NCBI GenBank assembly: GCA_965248535.1
Contig: CBDFJR010000002.1
Coordinates: 1,120,001-1,184,000 of the forward strand
Length of the DNA stretch: 64,000 nucleotides
Source of the DNA: Phormidesmis sp.
GTDB taxonomy: Bacteria; Cyanobacteriota; Cyanobacteriia; Leptolyngbyales; Leptolyngbyaceae
Direction of reading: 5' to 3'
Position numbers and translations under genes: made by a program. Of this stretch, positions 1-9,055 are shown in pieces. Every line of letters starts with the position of its first letter. Positions within the stretch are counted from its first letter, which is position 1. The notes beneath the pieces were generated by a model, which was given only the letters and a program-made list of their open reading frames with translations, did no database searches and was not told the DNA's origin.

Positions 1-987
1 GCTCACATCACAACACGTAAGCGCAGTGTTACTTGACAGTATTTCCACTAAAAGTAACAAAAGACTTGTTTTAGTGACCGTAATATTGCTGACAATGAAT
101 TAGATGGAAAGGACGGCTCTAAGTGATTACATAGACTCCTATAAAGTGCGGAGAAGACATTAGGGATAAGGACTCAGGGCCTTCTCTGTGATGAAATGAA
201 CCTAACAAAGACAATGATCAGAACTGTCCGGCAAGGTATCCGAACAACCAAAAACAGGAAAACCAAGTGACTTTTCAGAGTTCGTGAAAGCTTTACTGAG
301 AGAGATTTTTAGGAATTTATTTGTCAATTCAGTTGCCTGATCAAACAAATTGGCGTTAGAAGTTATTCCTAATTACGTCTCAATAAACCACTCAATAAAA
401 CCCTGTCAGGTTAAGACCATCCCGATTAAGAGAGTCTTTAGTTCAGTTGGGGACGACTACCAATCAGTGGACTACTTCTACAAGTTAGGTAATGATTGTG
501 ACAAACTCGTGAAAAATTTTGCTGAGTTTCAAAAAACACATTGAATGTTGCCTGATCTAGAAATATTCAACGTTTGACATGCCCAATAGCTACCAAGTTC
601 GCGATCTGCAATAGGTGAGAGAAGTAACAATAGTTGTCTATTGCTAATGACCTAAATCAAAAACGTTTGTTTATGCTTATGGACATAGAAAAGCTATTGT
701 GAATCCACGTAAATTACAGGTAAATGTCCGGTTTGCAGATTGCCGTAACACCTACTGAAGTAAGTTCAAGGTCTAACCTATTTCGAGAAGACGTTTCATC
801 CTGTTGCCTTTTGATCACTACAGGGTTGGGAATGTTTTGGCAGTGACTCTCAGCGCAATGGGTAGTGGGTATTTAACAACGGTCGATCGCTGCCTAAAAC
901 TGTCCGGAGTGCTGGTTTTAAGATGCGAGAAAGACTTGCTTGAAATCGATTCAGTTTCTAGCCACAGCAGAAATCTTAGGAAATCAC

Positions 988-1044
988 TGGACACAATTGT
1001 AATATGTGTGTAGTATATGGATAAGGCGTACTACACACACTACA
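988..1044 (+). promoter_or_regulatory. sigma70-like promoter overlapped by TGTA(G/A)TA operator-like repeats
   Basis: TGGACA(988-993)-17 bp-TAGTAT(1011-1016); TGTAATAT 998-1005, TGTAGTAT 1009-1016, inverted copies GTACTACA 1028-1035 and ACACTACA 1037-1044. Confidence 0.55.
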
Positions 1045-1049
1045 CTGCT

Positions 1050-1190
1050 ATGACTTACGGCTTTTTCTCACTCGATCGAACTCATTGCCGCCCCTACTCA
1101 GGGTTGAAAAGTGCGTGCGTGTCAGAAACCTGGCTGAAAAATCATCGCGTCAAAAACGGGCGAGACAGGGTAGTCCTGCTCTCAACATAA
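1050..1190 (+). CDS. putative 46-aa leader peptide (MTYGFFSLDRTHCRPYSGLK...)
   Basis: ATG 1050 to TAA 1188-1190, between the promoter and a terminator upstream of the HNH gene. Confidence 0.35.
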   Translation: MTYGFFSLDRTHCRPYSGLKSACVSETWLKNHRVKNGRDRVVLLST

Positions 1191-1209
1191 GGGCACATGC
1201 TTCACCCTG

Positions 1210-1247
1210 ACCCCGTTTCTGACTTAGCAGAAGCGGGGTTATTTTTT
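1210..1247 (+). terminator. intrinsic terminator/attenuator directly upstream of the HNH gene
   Basis: ACCCCGTTTCTG-acttag-CAGAAGCGGGGT followed by TATTTTTT. Confidence 0.7.
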
Positions 1248-1251
1248 AGGA

Positions 1252-1806
1252 ATGAATGCTATGCAGTCAACAGAGCCTCATATACTACAAGCGTCGATCG
1301 TGGTTTTTTCTAAAAACTATTTACCGATCGCCCGCATCAGCATCAAACGTGCGTTTACCCCGAAGGGGGAACTGCTTCGCACCGTGCTAATCGTCACCGG
1401 ACAAGCCGAAACGCTCGAATTTGAGGATGCTCATCAGTGGGAAGTCCGCTCACCCAGCATCGTACTACACGTTTCTGAACACATCCGCTTAACCGGAGCC
1501 AACCCAGAACGCTATTGGAAAGTGCCCCCTGTCAGCCGTCGAGAAATTTTGCGTCGAGACAGCCACGCTTGCCAATATTGCGGCAGCACCAAACATCTGA
1601 CGATCGACCATGTGATTCCTCGATCAAAAGGCGGAAGCCACACCTGGGATAACGTAGTCACGGCTTGCACGACCTACAACTCCCAGAAAAGCAACCGCTT
1701 TCTCCACGAGATCGGCATGAAGCTGAAATCAAAGCCCCGAACACCGATTCATCCTGCCGTTGCCTTTGCCGAACAGTTTTGGAAAGCCACTGAAAAAAAC
1801 TTGTAG
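1252..1806 (+). CDS. HNH endonuclease (McrA-like), possibly decaying
   Basis: CQYCG...LTIDHVIPRSKGGSHTWDNVVTAC motif; second CxxC reads CTTY; 9-codon in-frame insert at 1354-1380. Confidence 0.85.
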   Translation: MNAMQSTEPHILQASIVVFSKNYLPIARISIKRAFTPKGELLRTVLIVTGQAETLEFEDAHQWEVRSPSIVLHVSEHIRLTGANPERYWKVPPVSRREILRRDSHACQYCGSTKHLTIDHVIPRSKGGSHTWDNVVTACTTYNSQKSNRFLHEIGMKLKSKPRTPIHPAVAFAEQFWKATEKNL

Positions 1807-1859
1807 TATGCCCTTGACGGCCTTGTATTACATAATGTAGTATTAATGTAATACAAGGC
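1802..1859 (+). promoter_or_regulatory. tRNA-array promoter with palindromic operator
   Basis: TTGACG(1814-1819)-18 bp-TAGTAT(1838-1843); perfect 14-bp inverted repeat GCCTTGTATTACAT(1820-1833)/ATGTAATACAAGGC(1846-1859); TGTAGTAT at 1802 and 1836. Confidence 0.7.
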
Positions 1860-1881
1860 GAGGCGAACCGGAGGCGACGAC

Positions 1882-2067
1882 ATGATTCTATTTTTAAGAC
1901 ATCCCCGATCGCGCTTCCGTGCGAGGGCATCGGACTCCTGGAAAAATTCAGACAGACGCGATCAACCATCCGAATCGCAACACAAACGTCAGTGTCAACA
2001 CAATCAAATTAAATCGCTAGAAGATCTAAGAAGCAAATACTTTTTAGAGCGACGAGCAATGCTTTAG
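1882..2067 (+). CDS. small basic ORF in the leader of the tRNA array
   Basis: GGAGG Shine-Dalgarno 7 nt upstream of ATG; 61 aa; no recognisable domain. Confidence 0.45.
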   Translation: MILFLRHPRSRFRARASDSWKNSDRRDQPSESQHKRQCQHNQIKSLEDLRSKYFLERRAML

Positions 2068-2135
2068 CCAACACTTCATTTATCAGTACCATGAAAACTC
2101 AATAGTCACGATCTTAAACAGGCGAGATTGTATTT

Positions 2136-2210
2136 GTCCGGGTAGCCAAATGGGAAGGCAGCAGTTTGCAAAACTACTCAGCAGGGGTTCGATTCCCCTC
2201 CCGGACTCCA
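2136..2210 (+). tRNA. trnC: tRNA-Cys(GCA), CCA encoded
   Basis: GTCCGGG/CCCGGAC acceptor, loop TT-GCA-AA, GTTCGA T-loop, U73, CCA. Confidence 0.85.
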
Positions 2211-2213
2211 AAA

Positions 2214-2287
2214 TGCAGTGTCCTGACGGTCAGGATCTCGGCTCATATCCGAGACGATTCGGGGTTCGAGTCCCCGCACTGCAACCA
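2214..2287 (+). tRNA. trnM: tRNA with CAT anticodon (Met, fMet or Ile2 not resolved), CCA encoded
   Basis: TGCAGTG/CACTGCA acceptor, CTCGG-CT-CAT-AT-CCGAG, atypical short D-arm. Confidence 0.75.
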
Positions 2288-2290
2288 CTC

Positions 2291-2364
2291 GTAGGGATGG
2301 TGTAACGGTAGCATTTCGATCTCCAAAATCGACGATTTGAGTTCAAATCTCAGTCCCTGCGCCA
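2291..2364 (+). tRNA. trnW: tRNA-Trp(CCA), CCA encoded
   Basis: GTAGGGA/TCCCTGC acceptor, TCGAT-CT-CCA-AA-ATCGA, G73. Confidence 0.85.
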
Positions 2365-2378
2365 ATCAAATTAGACAC

Positions 2379-2455
2379 GGTGCTGTAGGCAAATTGGTAA
2401 AGCCACAACGCTTTCAACGTTGCGTTTGCGGGTTCAACTCCCGTCAGCACTGCCA
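2379..2455 (+). tRNA. trnE: tRNA-Glu(TTC), CCA encoded
   Basis: GGTGCTG/CAGCACT acceptor, CAACG-CT-TTC-AA-CGTTG. Confidence 0.85.
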
Positions 2456-2579
2456 CATCGTTAGCTCGAATTTGGAGCGATCGCCATCGGCAAAGCAAAT
2501 CGTTTGCTAAACGAACACCTTCGGTGAAGCGAAGCTACCGGGGTTTATGCCTCTGTGGGTTCGACTCCCGCTCTCCACC
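2456..2579 (+). pseudogene. degenerate or chimeric tRNA-Ser(GCT) interrupted by a ~23-nt double-hairpin insert
   Basis: TCGT-TT-GCT-AA-ACGA anticodon arm, long variable arm, GTGGG-TTCGACT-CCCGC T arm, broken acceptor; insert at 2514-2536. Confidence 0.6.
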
Positions 2580-2580
2580 T

Positions 2581-2653
2581 GGGACTGTAGCTGAGTTGGT
2601 TTTAGCGTCAGGTTGAAGCCCTGAAGACGCGGGTTCGATTCCTGCCATTCCCA
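2581..2653 (+). tRNA. trnF: tRNA-Phe(GAA)
   Basis: GGGACTG/CATTCCC acceptor (one mismatch), TCAGG-TT-GAA-GC-CCTGA. Confidence 0.8.
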
Positions 2654-2674
2654 TCTCGATTGTTCGAGAATCAT

Positions 2675-2748
2675 TGCCGAGTGGACGAACTGATCAGTCG
2701 TTGTCATTCAGAGTGATAACGATGTTGGTTTGAATCCAACTTCGGCAT
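2675..2748 (+). tRNA. trnL: atypical tRNA-Leu(CAG) with short variable arm
   Basis: TGCCGAG/TTCGGCA acceptor, TGTCA-TT-CAG-AG-TGATA, T-loop TTTGAAT. Confidence 0.6.
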
Positions 2749-2756
2749 CTCGCCTT

Positions 2757-2827
2757 TGCCCTGTGGTGTAGTGGTAGCATTTCTCACTCTGAATGAGAAG
2801 AGTCAGGTTCAAATCCTGGCGGGGCAG
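2757..2827 (+). tRNA. trnQ: tRNA-Gln(CTG)
   Basis: TGCCCTG/CGGGGCA acceptor, TCTCA-CT-CTG-AA-TGAGA. Confidence 0.85.
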
Positions 2828-2885
2828 TCGGGAGGCATGAAATGTGATTGGGTCAACATTTCTATCCTCCTGTTCCTCATATTTA

Positions 2886-2959
2886 GGGTTCGTGGCTCTC
2901 ACAGGGAGAGTACTTGTTTTCCACACAAGAGATTGTGGGTTCAACTCCCACCGAATCCA
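2886..2959 (+). tRNA. trnG: tRNA-Gly(TCC)
   Basis: GGGTTCG/CGAATCC acceptor, CTTGT-TT-TCC-AC-ACAAG. Confidence 0.75.
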
Positions 2960-2961
2960 CT

Positions 2962-3038
2962 GTGACTGAACTCGAAGTCGTGGAGAGGCTGATTTGTGAA
3001 ATCAGTGTTAGCGAGTGCAACTCTCGTCAGTCACCCCA
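2962..3038 (+). tRNA. trnH: tRNA-His(GTG), atypical, CCA encoded
   Basis: GTGACTG/CAGTCAC acceptor, C73, CTGAT-TT-GTG-AA-ATCAG; T rather than G at -1; T-loop TGCAACT. Confidence 0.7.
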
Positions 3039-3048
3039 ACTAAGTTAT

Positions 3049-3131
3049 GGAAAGTATCGCTGAATGGTCGGCAACTCGTCTAGAAAACGAGGACTGGGTA
3101 ACACCTGGGGGTTCAATTCCTCTACTTTCCG
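3049..3131 (+). tRNA. trnS: tRNA-Ser with AGA anticodon
   Basis: GGAAAGT/ACTTTCC acceptor, G73, long variable arm, CTCGT-CT-AGA-AA-ACGAG. Confidence 0.75.
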
Positions 3132-3160
3132 TCAATGCTATAACGATCGGAGGTGAGGAG

Positions 3161-3226
3161 ATGCAGCGTAAATTAGTTTCTGTTCAGGCGATCGGGCAAC
3201 TCCGGCCGATCCCCAACGCCGATTAA
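3161..3226 (+). pseudogene. N-terminal stub resembling DRB0094-family RNA ligase
   Basis: strong SD GGAGGTGAGGAG, then MQRKLVSVQAIGQLRPIPNAD*; resembles the M-RKLxS...IPNAD start of this family as I recall it. Confidence 0.55.
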
Positions 3227-3239
3227 CGCGATTCGGAAA

Positions 3240-3271
3240 GACCTCCGATTTTTTGAAAAAATCGGAGGTCT
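3240..3271. repeat. REP-like palindrome, related copy at 24652-24684
   Basis: AGACCTCCGATTTTTT-GA-AAAAATCGGAGGTCT versus AGATCTCCGACTTTTT-AAAAAAGTCGGAGATCT. Confidence 0.6.
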
Positions 3272-3488
3272 GTTGGGCGAGACTGGGGCATCTAGGAAAT
3301 TCCTTTCGGTAGATCTTTGAAAGTAGGCTTTTCGGTATACCTAAAGTGGGAACGCAACGGGATCATGGAAGGAGCAGGGAAAACAAGTTTTCTTTGCTCC
3401 TTCTAAATGATTTAGGCTTGAAACACTCCTGTAAGCAATTTCAGGCGATCGCTGCTTCAGACTTGCATCTATTAGGAATTGAGAATCT

Positions 3489-4475
3489 ATGTCTACGATC
3501 GTGGTCGAACATCTCAGCAAGATCTACCCTGTCGCCGTTAAAGAATCAAGTCTCAAAGGAACATTGACCCATTTCTTTAAGCGCAACTATCGTCAGGTAA
3601 ACGCTGTTCAAGATATCTCATTTACGATCGAGCCGGGAGAAGTCGTCGGCTTTTTGGGCGCAAACGGAGCCGGAAAAACCACGACTCTAAAAATGCTCAC
3701 AGGCTTGATTCATCCCTCAGCAGGGCGCGTCACCGTTGCAGGACACATTCCCTTCGATCGCCGTGCAGCGTTTCTCAAACAAGTGACGCTAGTGATGGGG
3801 CAAAAGCAGCAGTTGATCTGGGATTTGCCTGCGGTTGATTCGTTTCGCATTAACGCAGCCGTGTATGGAATCTCGGATAATGCTCTCGATCGTCGCGTCG
3901 GCGAACTCAGCGAAATGCTGTCTCTAGAGGGCAAACTGACGCAACCTGTTCGCAAACTCTCTTTAGGCGAACGCATGAAAGCCGAACTGCTCGCCGCCCT
4001 TTTGCACCAGCCCCAAGTTTTGTTTTTAGACGAGCCAACATTGGGATTAGATGTCAACGCCCAGGTTGCGGTGCGGGAGTTTTTGCGCGACTATAATCAG
4101 CGATATCAGGCAACCGTGCTGTTGACGAGCCACTACATGGCAGACATTACGGCATTGTGTAAGCGAGTGTTGATGATTCACCAAGGGCAATTGATTTATG
4201 ACGGCAGCCTAGAAGGGTTGGTCGATCGCTTCTCACCGTGTCGCGAAGTCAGCATTGAGTTTGCTCAAAATTATTCTAAAGATCGCCTGATGCTCTATGG
4301 CGATTTGCAAGAATCAGATCACCATTCAGCCCGGTTTCTTGTGCCCCAAGAAGCGCTGACTCGCACAGTTGGCAAGCTTTTAGGAGATTTAGAGATTTTA
4401 GATTTGACGGTGATTGACCCTCCGATCGAGGAAGTCATTGGGCGAGTCTTTCAAGCCGGAACCGTATCAACCTAG
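3489..4475 (+). CDS. ABC-2 type exporter ATP-binding protein
   Basis: Walker A GANGAGKTT, LSLGE signature, LFLDEPT. Confidence 0.9.
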   Translation: MSTIVVEHLSKIYPVAVKESSLKGTLTHFFKRNYRQVNAVQDISFTIEPGEVVGFLGANGAGKTTTLKMLTGLIHPSAGRVTVAGHIPFDRRAAFLKQVTLVMGQKQQLIWDLPAVDSFRINAAVYGISDNALDRRVGELSEMLSLEGKLTQPVRKLSLGERMKAELLAALLHQPQVLFLDEPTLGLDVNAQVAVREFLRDYNQRYQATVLLTSHYMADITALCKRVLMIHQGQLIYDGSLEGLVDRFSPCREVSIEFAQNYSKDRLMLYGDLQESDHHSARFLVPQEALTRTVGKLLGDLEILDLTVIDPPIEEVIGRVFQAGTVST

Positions 4476-4518
4476 ACATAAATTAAAGCCCCTAGATCAG
4501 CACCCAGAGACTTGGCGA

Positions 4519-4590
4519 TGGGGGTTACTGGACTTGAACCAGTGACATCTTGCTTGTCGAGCAAGCGCTCTACCACTGAGCTAAACCCCC
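4519..4590 (-). tRNA. trnV: tRNA-Val(GAC), housekeeping
   Basis: reverse complement GGGGGTTTAGCTCAGTGGTAGAGCGCTTGCTC-GAC-AAGCAAG...GTTCAAGTCCAGTAACCCCCA. Confidence 0.92.
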
Positions 4591-4786
4591 GATTTTGAGC
4601 GTTCGATCGAGACAACAATCGAATCTCTGACCTTATCGCCTATGTGAGCATAGCATAGGGTTCACGATCGATGCAAATCTCTATTTTCCCTTCAGCAACA
4701 CCCCTATCTCAAGAATGATTAAAGTTCATTACGAACACCTTAAGCAATTCTAAGGTCTGTGATAATTTCAGGAGAGTGAATCACCC

Positions 4787-5014
4787 ATGCAGCATTTAGG
4801 AGAGGAGAACACTTTGGAATCGCGCTCACACCAAACCCCCAACCCTGCCACTAGAGAAGACTTTAGCGAATATGTCGCCCATCTTCAGCTTCACATGGCG
4901 CTGCAAGCCCGCAACCTGATGCCCAAACTCACCAACACTGCTGACAGCCGTGAGCAATTGCTGCATCAAACTCAAGCCACCGTCGAAAAACTGGTGTCTC
5001 GCCAAGGCTTCTAG
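4787..5014 (+). CDS. small hypothetical protein
   Basis: AGGAG SD, 75-aa ORF followed by a terminator. Confidence 0.6.
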   Translation: MQHLGEENTLESRSHQTPNPATREDFSEYVAHLQLHMALQARNLMPKLTNTADSREQLLHQTQATVEKLVSRQGF

Positions 5015-5042
5015 ATCAAGGTTTCTAGATAAAATTATTTTG

Positions 5043-5090
5043 AGAAGTGGGTAGCCGACGAGTCTCGATCGCTGGCTACCCACTTCTTTT
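5043..5090 (+). terminator. intrinsic terminator
   Basis: AGAAGTGGGTAGCC...GGCTACCCACTTCT followed by T run. Confidence 0.65.
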
Positions 5091-5109
5091 AAAGCAGCGT
5101 TAGCCAAAG

Positions 5110-5139
5110 ATTAATCGCCCATTAACCTCTCAACAAACT
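5110..5139 (+). promoter_or_regulatory. candidate cyanobacterial Pho box (SphR site) upstream of phoD
   Basis: TTAATC(5111) and TTAACC(5122) with 11-bp period, resembling PyTTAAPyPy(T/A) repeats. Confidence 0.5.
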
Positions 5140-5192
5140 GCCCTTGGTAGCGTGAAGCCAGTCTTCTAATCTGTGGTAGCGGTCGAGCCTCT

Positions 5193-6776
5193 ATGACCTA
5201 CCAAACCAACCGTAGGCAGTTTTTGATTCGCTCAACTTTGGCCAGCGGCGGTGTGATCGCGGCTAACCTGCTCGGAAAAACTGGGCTAGCCCGATCGTTC
5301 CCCGCGATCGTCGCATCTGACAAAATGCGTCCTGGCATTCCCTACGGCGTAGCCAGTGGCGATGTCACCCAGGGCAGTGCTGTGATTTGGAGCCGCAGCG
5401 ATCGCCCTGCCCGCATGGTGGTGGATTATGCGTTTGATGAATCTTTTCGCAACGCCAAGCGCATCGTCGGCGCACTCGCTTTAGAAACCAGCGACTACAC
5501 CGCCCGTCTCAATCTGACTGGGTTACCCGACGAGCGGCAGATATTCTACCGAGTCAGTTTTCAAGACTTAGATCACGAAACTACTGTCAGCGCACCCGCT
5601 TTAGGATCGTTTCGCACGGTTCCTAAAGCGGGAAAAGACATCACCTTTGCTTGGGGCGGAGATACGGCGGGTCAAGGCTGGGGCATCAACCCTGACTTTG
5701 GCGGCATGAAAATTTACGAGACGATGCGGCAACTCAAGCCAGATTTCTTCATTCACTCTGGGGATAATATCTACGCTGACGGCCCCATCAAATCTGAGGT
5801 GACATTGCCCGATGGCAAAATCTGGCGCAATCTAGTCACCGAAGAGAAGTCCAAAGTAGCGGAAACGCTGAAGGAATTTCGCGGCAATTATCTTTATAAC
5901 TTGATGGATGAAAACATCCGGCGATTCAACGCTGAGGTGCCGCAGATGGTGCAGTGGGATGATCACGAAACCCGCAATAACTGGTATCCCCATCAGGTGA
6001 TTGGCAACGACGATCGCTACACCGTCAAAAATGTCTCCCTGCTTTCGACCCGCGCTAAACAGGCGTTTCTAGAATACGTCCCGATGCGGCTGAACGGCAG
6101 TGACCCTGCCCAGATTTACCGATCGTTTAATTATGGCCCCGCCCTAGATGTTTTCATGCTAGATGAACGCAGCTATCGGGGCGATAACTCTGCCAATCGG
6201 CAGCCTACTCTCAGTGCAGAGTCGGCTTTTTTGGGCGATCGTCAACTGCGGTGGTTAAAACAACGGCTGTTAGCGTCTCAGGCAACCTGGAAGGTGATTG
6301 CCAGCGATATGCCGATCGGGTTAATGATCACCGACGGGCCCAAAGCGTTTGAGGCATTTGCCAACGGCAATGGCGCACCGCTAGGACGAGAACTGGAGCT
6401 TGCTGATCTGTTCCGATTTATCAAACACAACCAGATTCGCAATGTCGTTTGGCTCACCGCCGATGTTCATTATGCGGCCGCCCACTATTACGACCCTAAC
6501 CGGGCCCAGTTCCAAGATTTTCACCCCTTTTGGGAATTTGTTACCGGGCCGCTCCACGCGGGCACCTATGGGCCTAATGAGTTAGACAACACGTTTGGGC
6601 CGCAGGTTAAGTTTTCTAGTGTGCCGATCGGGAGTCCTCAAAATATTCCTCCCACCGCCGGGCTGCAATTTTTTGGGCTAGTGCGAATCGATGGCGAAAG
6701 TCAAGTGATGACGGTGATGCAATACAACATTAACGGTAAACAGGTTTATAGCGTCGATTTACCACCGAAACATTAA
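5193..6776 (+). CDS. phoD: alkaline phosphatase D, Tat-exported
   Basis: NRRQFL Tat motif; GVASGD, HSGDNIYADG, WDDHE, ADVHY motifs. Confidence 0.92.
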   Translation: MTYQTNRRQFLIRSTLASGGVIAANLLGKTGLARSFPAIVASDKMRPGIPYGVASGDVTQGSAVIWSRSDRPARMVVDYAFDESFRNAKRIVGALALETSDYTARLNLTGLPDERQIFYRVSFQDLDHETTVSAPALGSFRTVPKAGKDITFAWGGDTAGQGWGINPDFGGMKIYETMRQLKPDFFIHSGDNIYADGPIKSEVTLPDGKIWRNLVTEEKSKVAETLKEFRGNYLYNLMDENIRRFNAEVPQMVQWDDHETRNNWYPHQVIGNDDRYTVKNVSLLSTRAKQAFLEYVPMRLNGSDPAQIYRSFNYGPALDVFMLDERSYRGDNSANRQPTLSAESAFLGDRQLRWLKQRLLASQATWKVIASDMPIGLMITDGPKAFEAFANGNGAPLGRELELADLFRFIKHNQIRNVVWLTADVHYAAAHYYDPNRAQFQDFHPFWEFVTGPLHAGTYGPNELDNTFGPQVKFSSVPIGSPQNIPPTAGLQFFGLVRIDGESQVMTVMQYNINGKQVYSVDLPPKH

Positions 6777-6804
6777 AAACCACAAATTCAATCAACCCAA
6801 AATC

Positions 6805-6833
6805 GTAGGGGCACGGCAGTGCCGTGCCCCTCA
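6805..6833. repeat. GTAG-type REP-like palindrome, related copy near 8974-8999
   Basis: GTAGGGGCACGGCAGTGCCGTGCCCC; GGGCACGGCGGTGCCATGCCCGTAC. Confidence 0.55.
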
Positions 6834-6893
6834 CCCACCCAATCAACCCAAAGATTTAATCCACGATCGCACCCAGTTATCCCCAACCCTTGC

Positions 6894-7349
6894 CTAATGT
6901 TTAGGTTCTTTATGTTTAGGAAACGTGCGAACGAGATACCAAAAAACCGCCCCATTCAAAACAAAAACGACAAACTTTAGCACCGAAAATCCTTTCGTCA
7001 ACTCATAGACTTCTGGCGGAATGCTAATTCCTACGAGACCCAACACTAAGACGTGGGCCCAGCGCTTTTCAAACCATAGACCGACCGCTTCGATCGCCGT
7101 CACGATCGCATAAGCCGCCGCCCCAATGCCGCTAAATTGCAGCGTTCGTGGATTGAGATTGAGAATTTTATCCAAAATCCAGTCGATGATGCCAGTTTTG
7201 CCTTCGAGTTCATAATTACTCGAAAAATCTTGCAGTCCTTCGTAGTTTTTCATGGCTAATAACAGGGCGATCGCTGTCACCATCAGCAGAGAAGCCACAA
7301 AAGATTTATAAACTACGATCGCAATCAAACCAAACGGACGCTTTCTCAA
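6894..7349 (-). CDS. DUF2127-like membrane protein
   Basis: hydrophobic, EAVGLW...W...PPEVYEL pattern. Confidence 0.7.
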   Translation of the reverse strand: MRKRPFGLIAIVVYKSFVASLLMVTAIALLLAMKNYEGLQDFSSNYELEGKTGIIDWILDKILNLNPRTLQFSGIGAAAYAIVTAIEAVGLWFEKRWAHVLVLGLVGISIPPEVYELTKGFSVLKFVVFVLNGAVFWYLVRTFPKHKEPKH

Positions 7350-7467
7350 CAGACCTCCCTCCCTAAGTTTTGGATACCCTTATTATTTAGGCTGCATCCA
7401 GCGATGGGCACCTCTCAAGGTATGATATAGCCCGCAGTCTTTTCAGCCGCAACTTTATTAAACGCTC

Positions 7468-8552
<1,085 letters not shown>

Positions 8553-8565
8553 AGACTATTTTTTC

Positions 8566-8886
8566 GTGCCAATTTCGATTTTTGCAATAGGATACAGTCG
8601 GAACATCAATCGAGGGGGAGTGCTGGTGGTTAACACGATCGAGCAAGCAGGTGCAGGTGTGGATGATGAACATGAAACGGCGTATCTCGATCCGGCGGTG
8701 GTGCGATCGGCGCGCCTGATCTATCAGACTTATTATGAAGTGCATCCCGAACTGACGGAGCCGCCTTTAGGGGTGGCGATCAACCGACTGACGCATCGAG
8801 GCAAACTGATTTTCACGGGCAAGGCGATTTTGCTGCCGCAGGAGTGCTTTGTGCCGTTTGAATGGATTGAGTCAGAGGCTTATTAG
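8566..8886 (+). CDS. hypothetical protein
   Basis: 106-aa ORF; start codon uncertain. Confidence 0.6.
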   Translation: MPISIFAIGYSRNINRGGVLVVNTIEQAGAGVDDEHETAYLDPAVVRSARLIYQTYYEVHPELTEPPLGVAINRLTHRGKLIFTGKAILLPQECFVPFEWIESEAY

Positions 8887-9055
8887 CCAACCTTGGGGTT
8901 GAATGACTGGTTGTGGAAGGGGTAGGGAAGATTAGAATCGTGGATTGGATGAGATCTGTTTTTGCCTGGGCCATGGGCACGGCGGTGCCATGCCCGTACG
9001 GGAGATTGAGTTTTCGTTTAATGTGCGATTTTTGGTGCTATCAATGCTCTGACTG

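Noticed and set aside
1..980. AT-rich stretch with ORFs 350-544 and 804-1013
   Set aside because: No recognisable domain, repeat or RNA structure; may be decayed foreign DNA but this is unsupported.
2829..2880. additional tRNA between Gln and Gly
   Set aside because: Only a hairpin remains with no T arm; possibly a remnant but not callable.
2507..2965. short ORFs overlapping the tRNA array
   Set aside because: They are spurious translations of tRNA genes.
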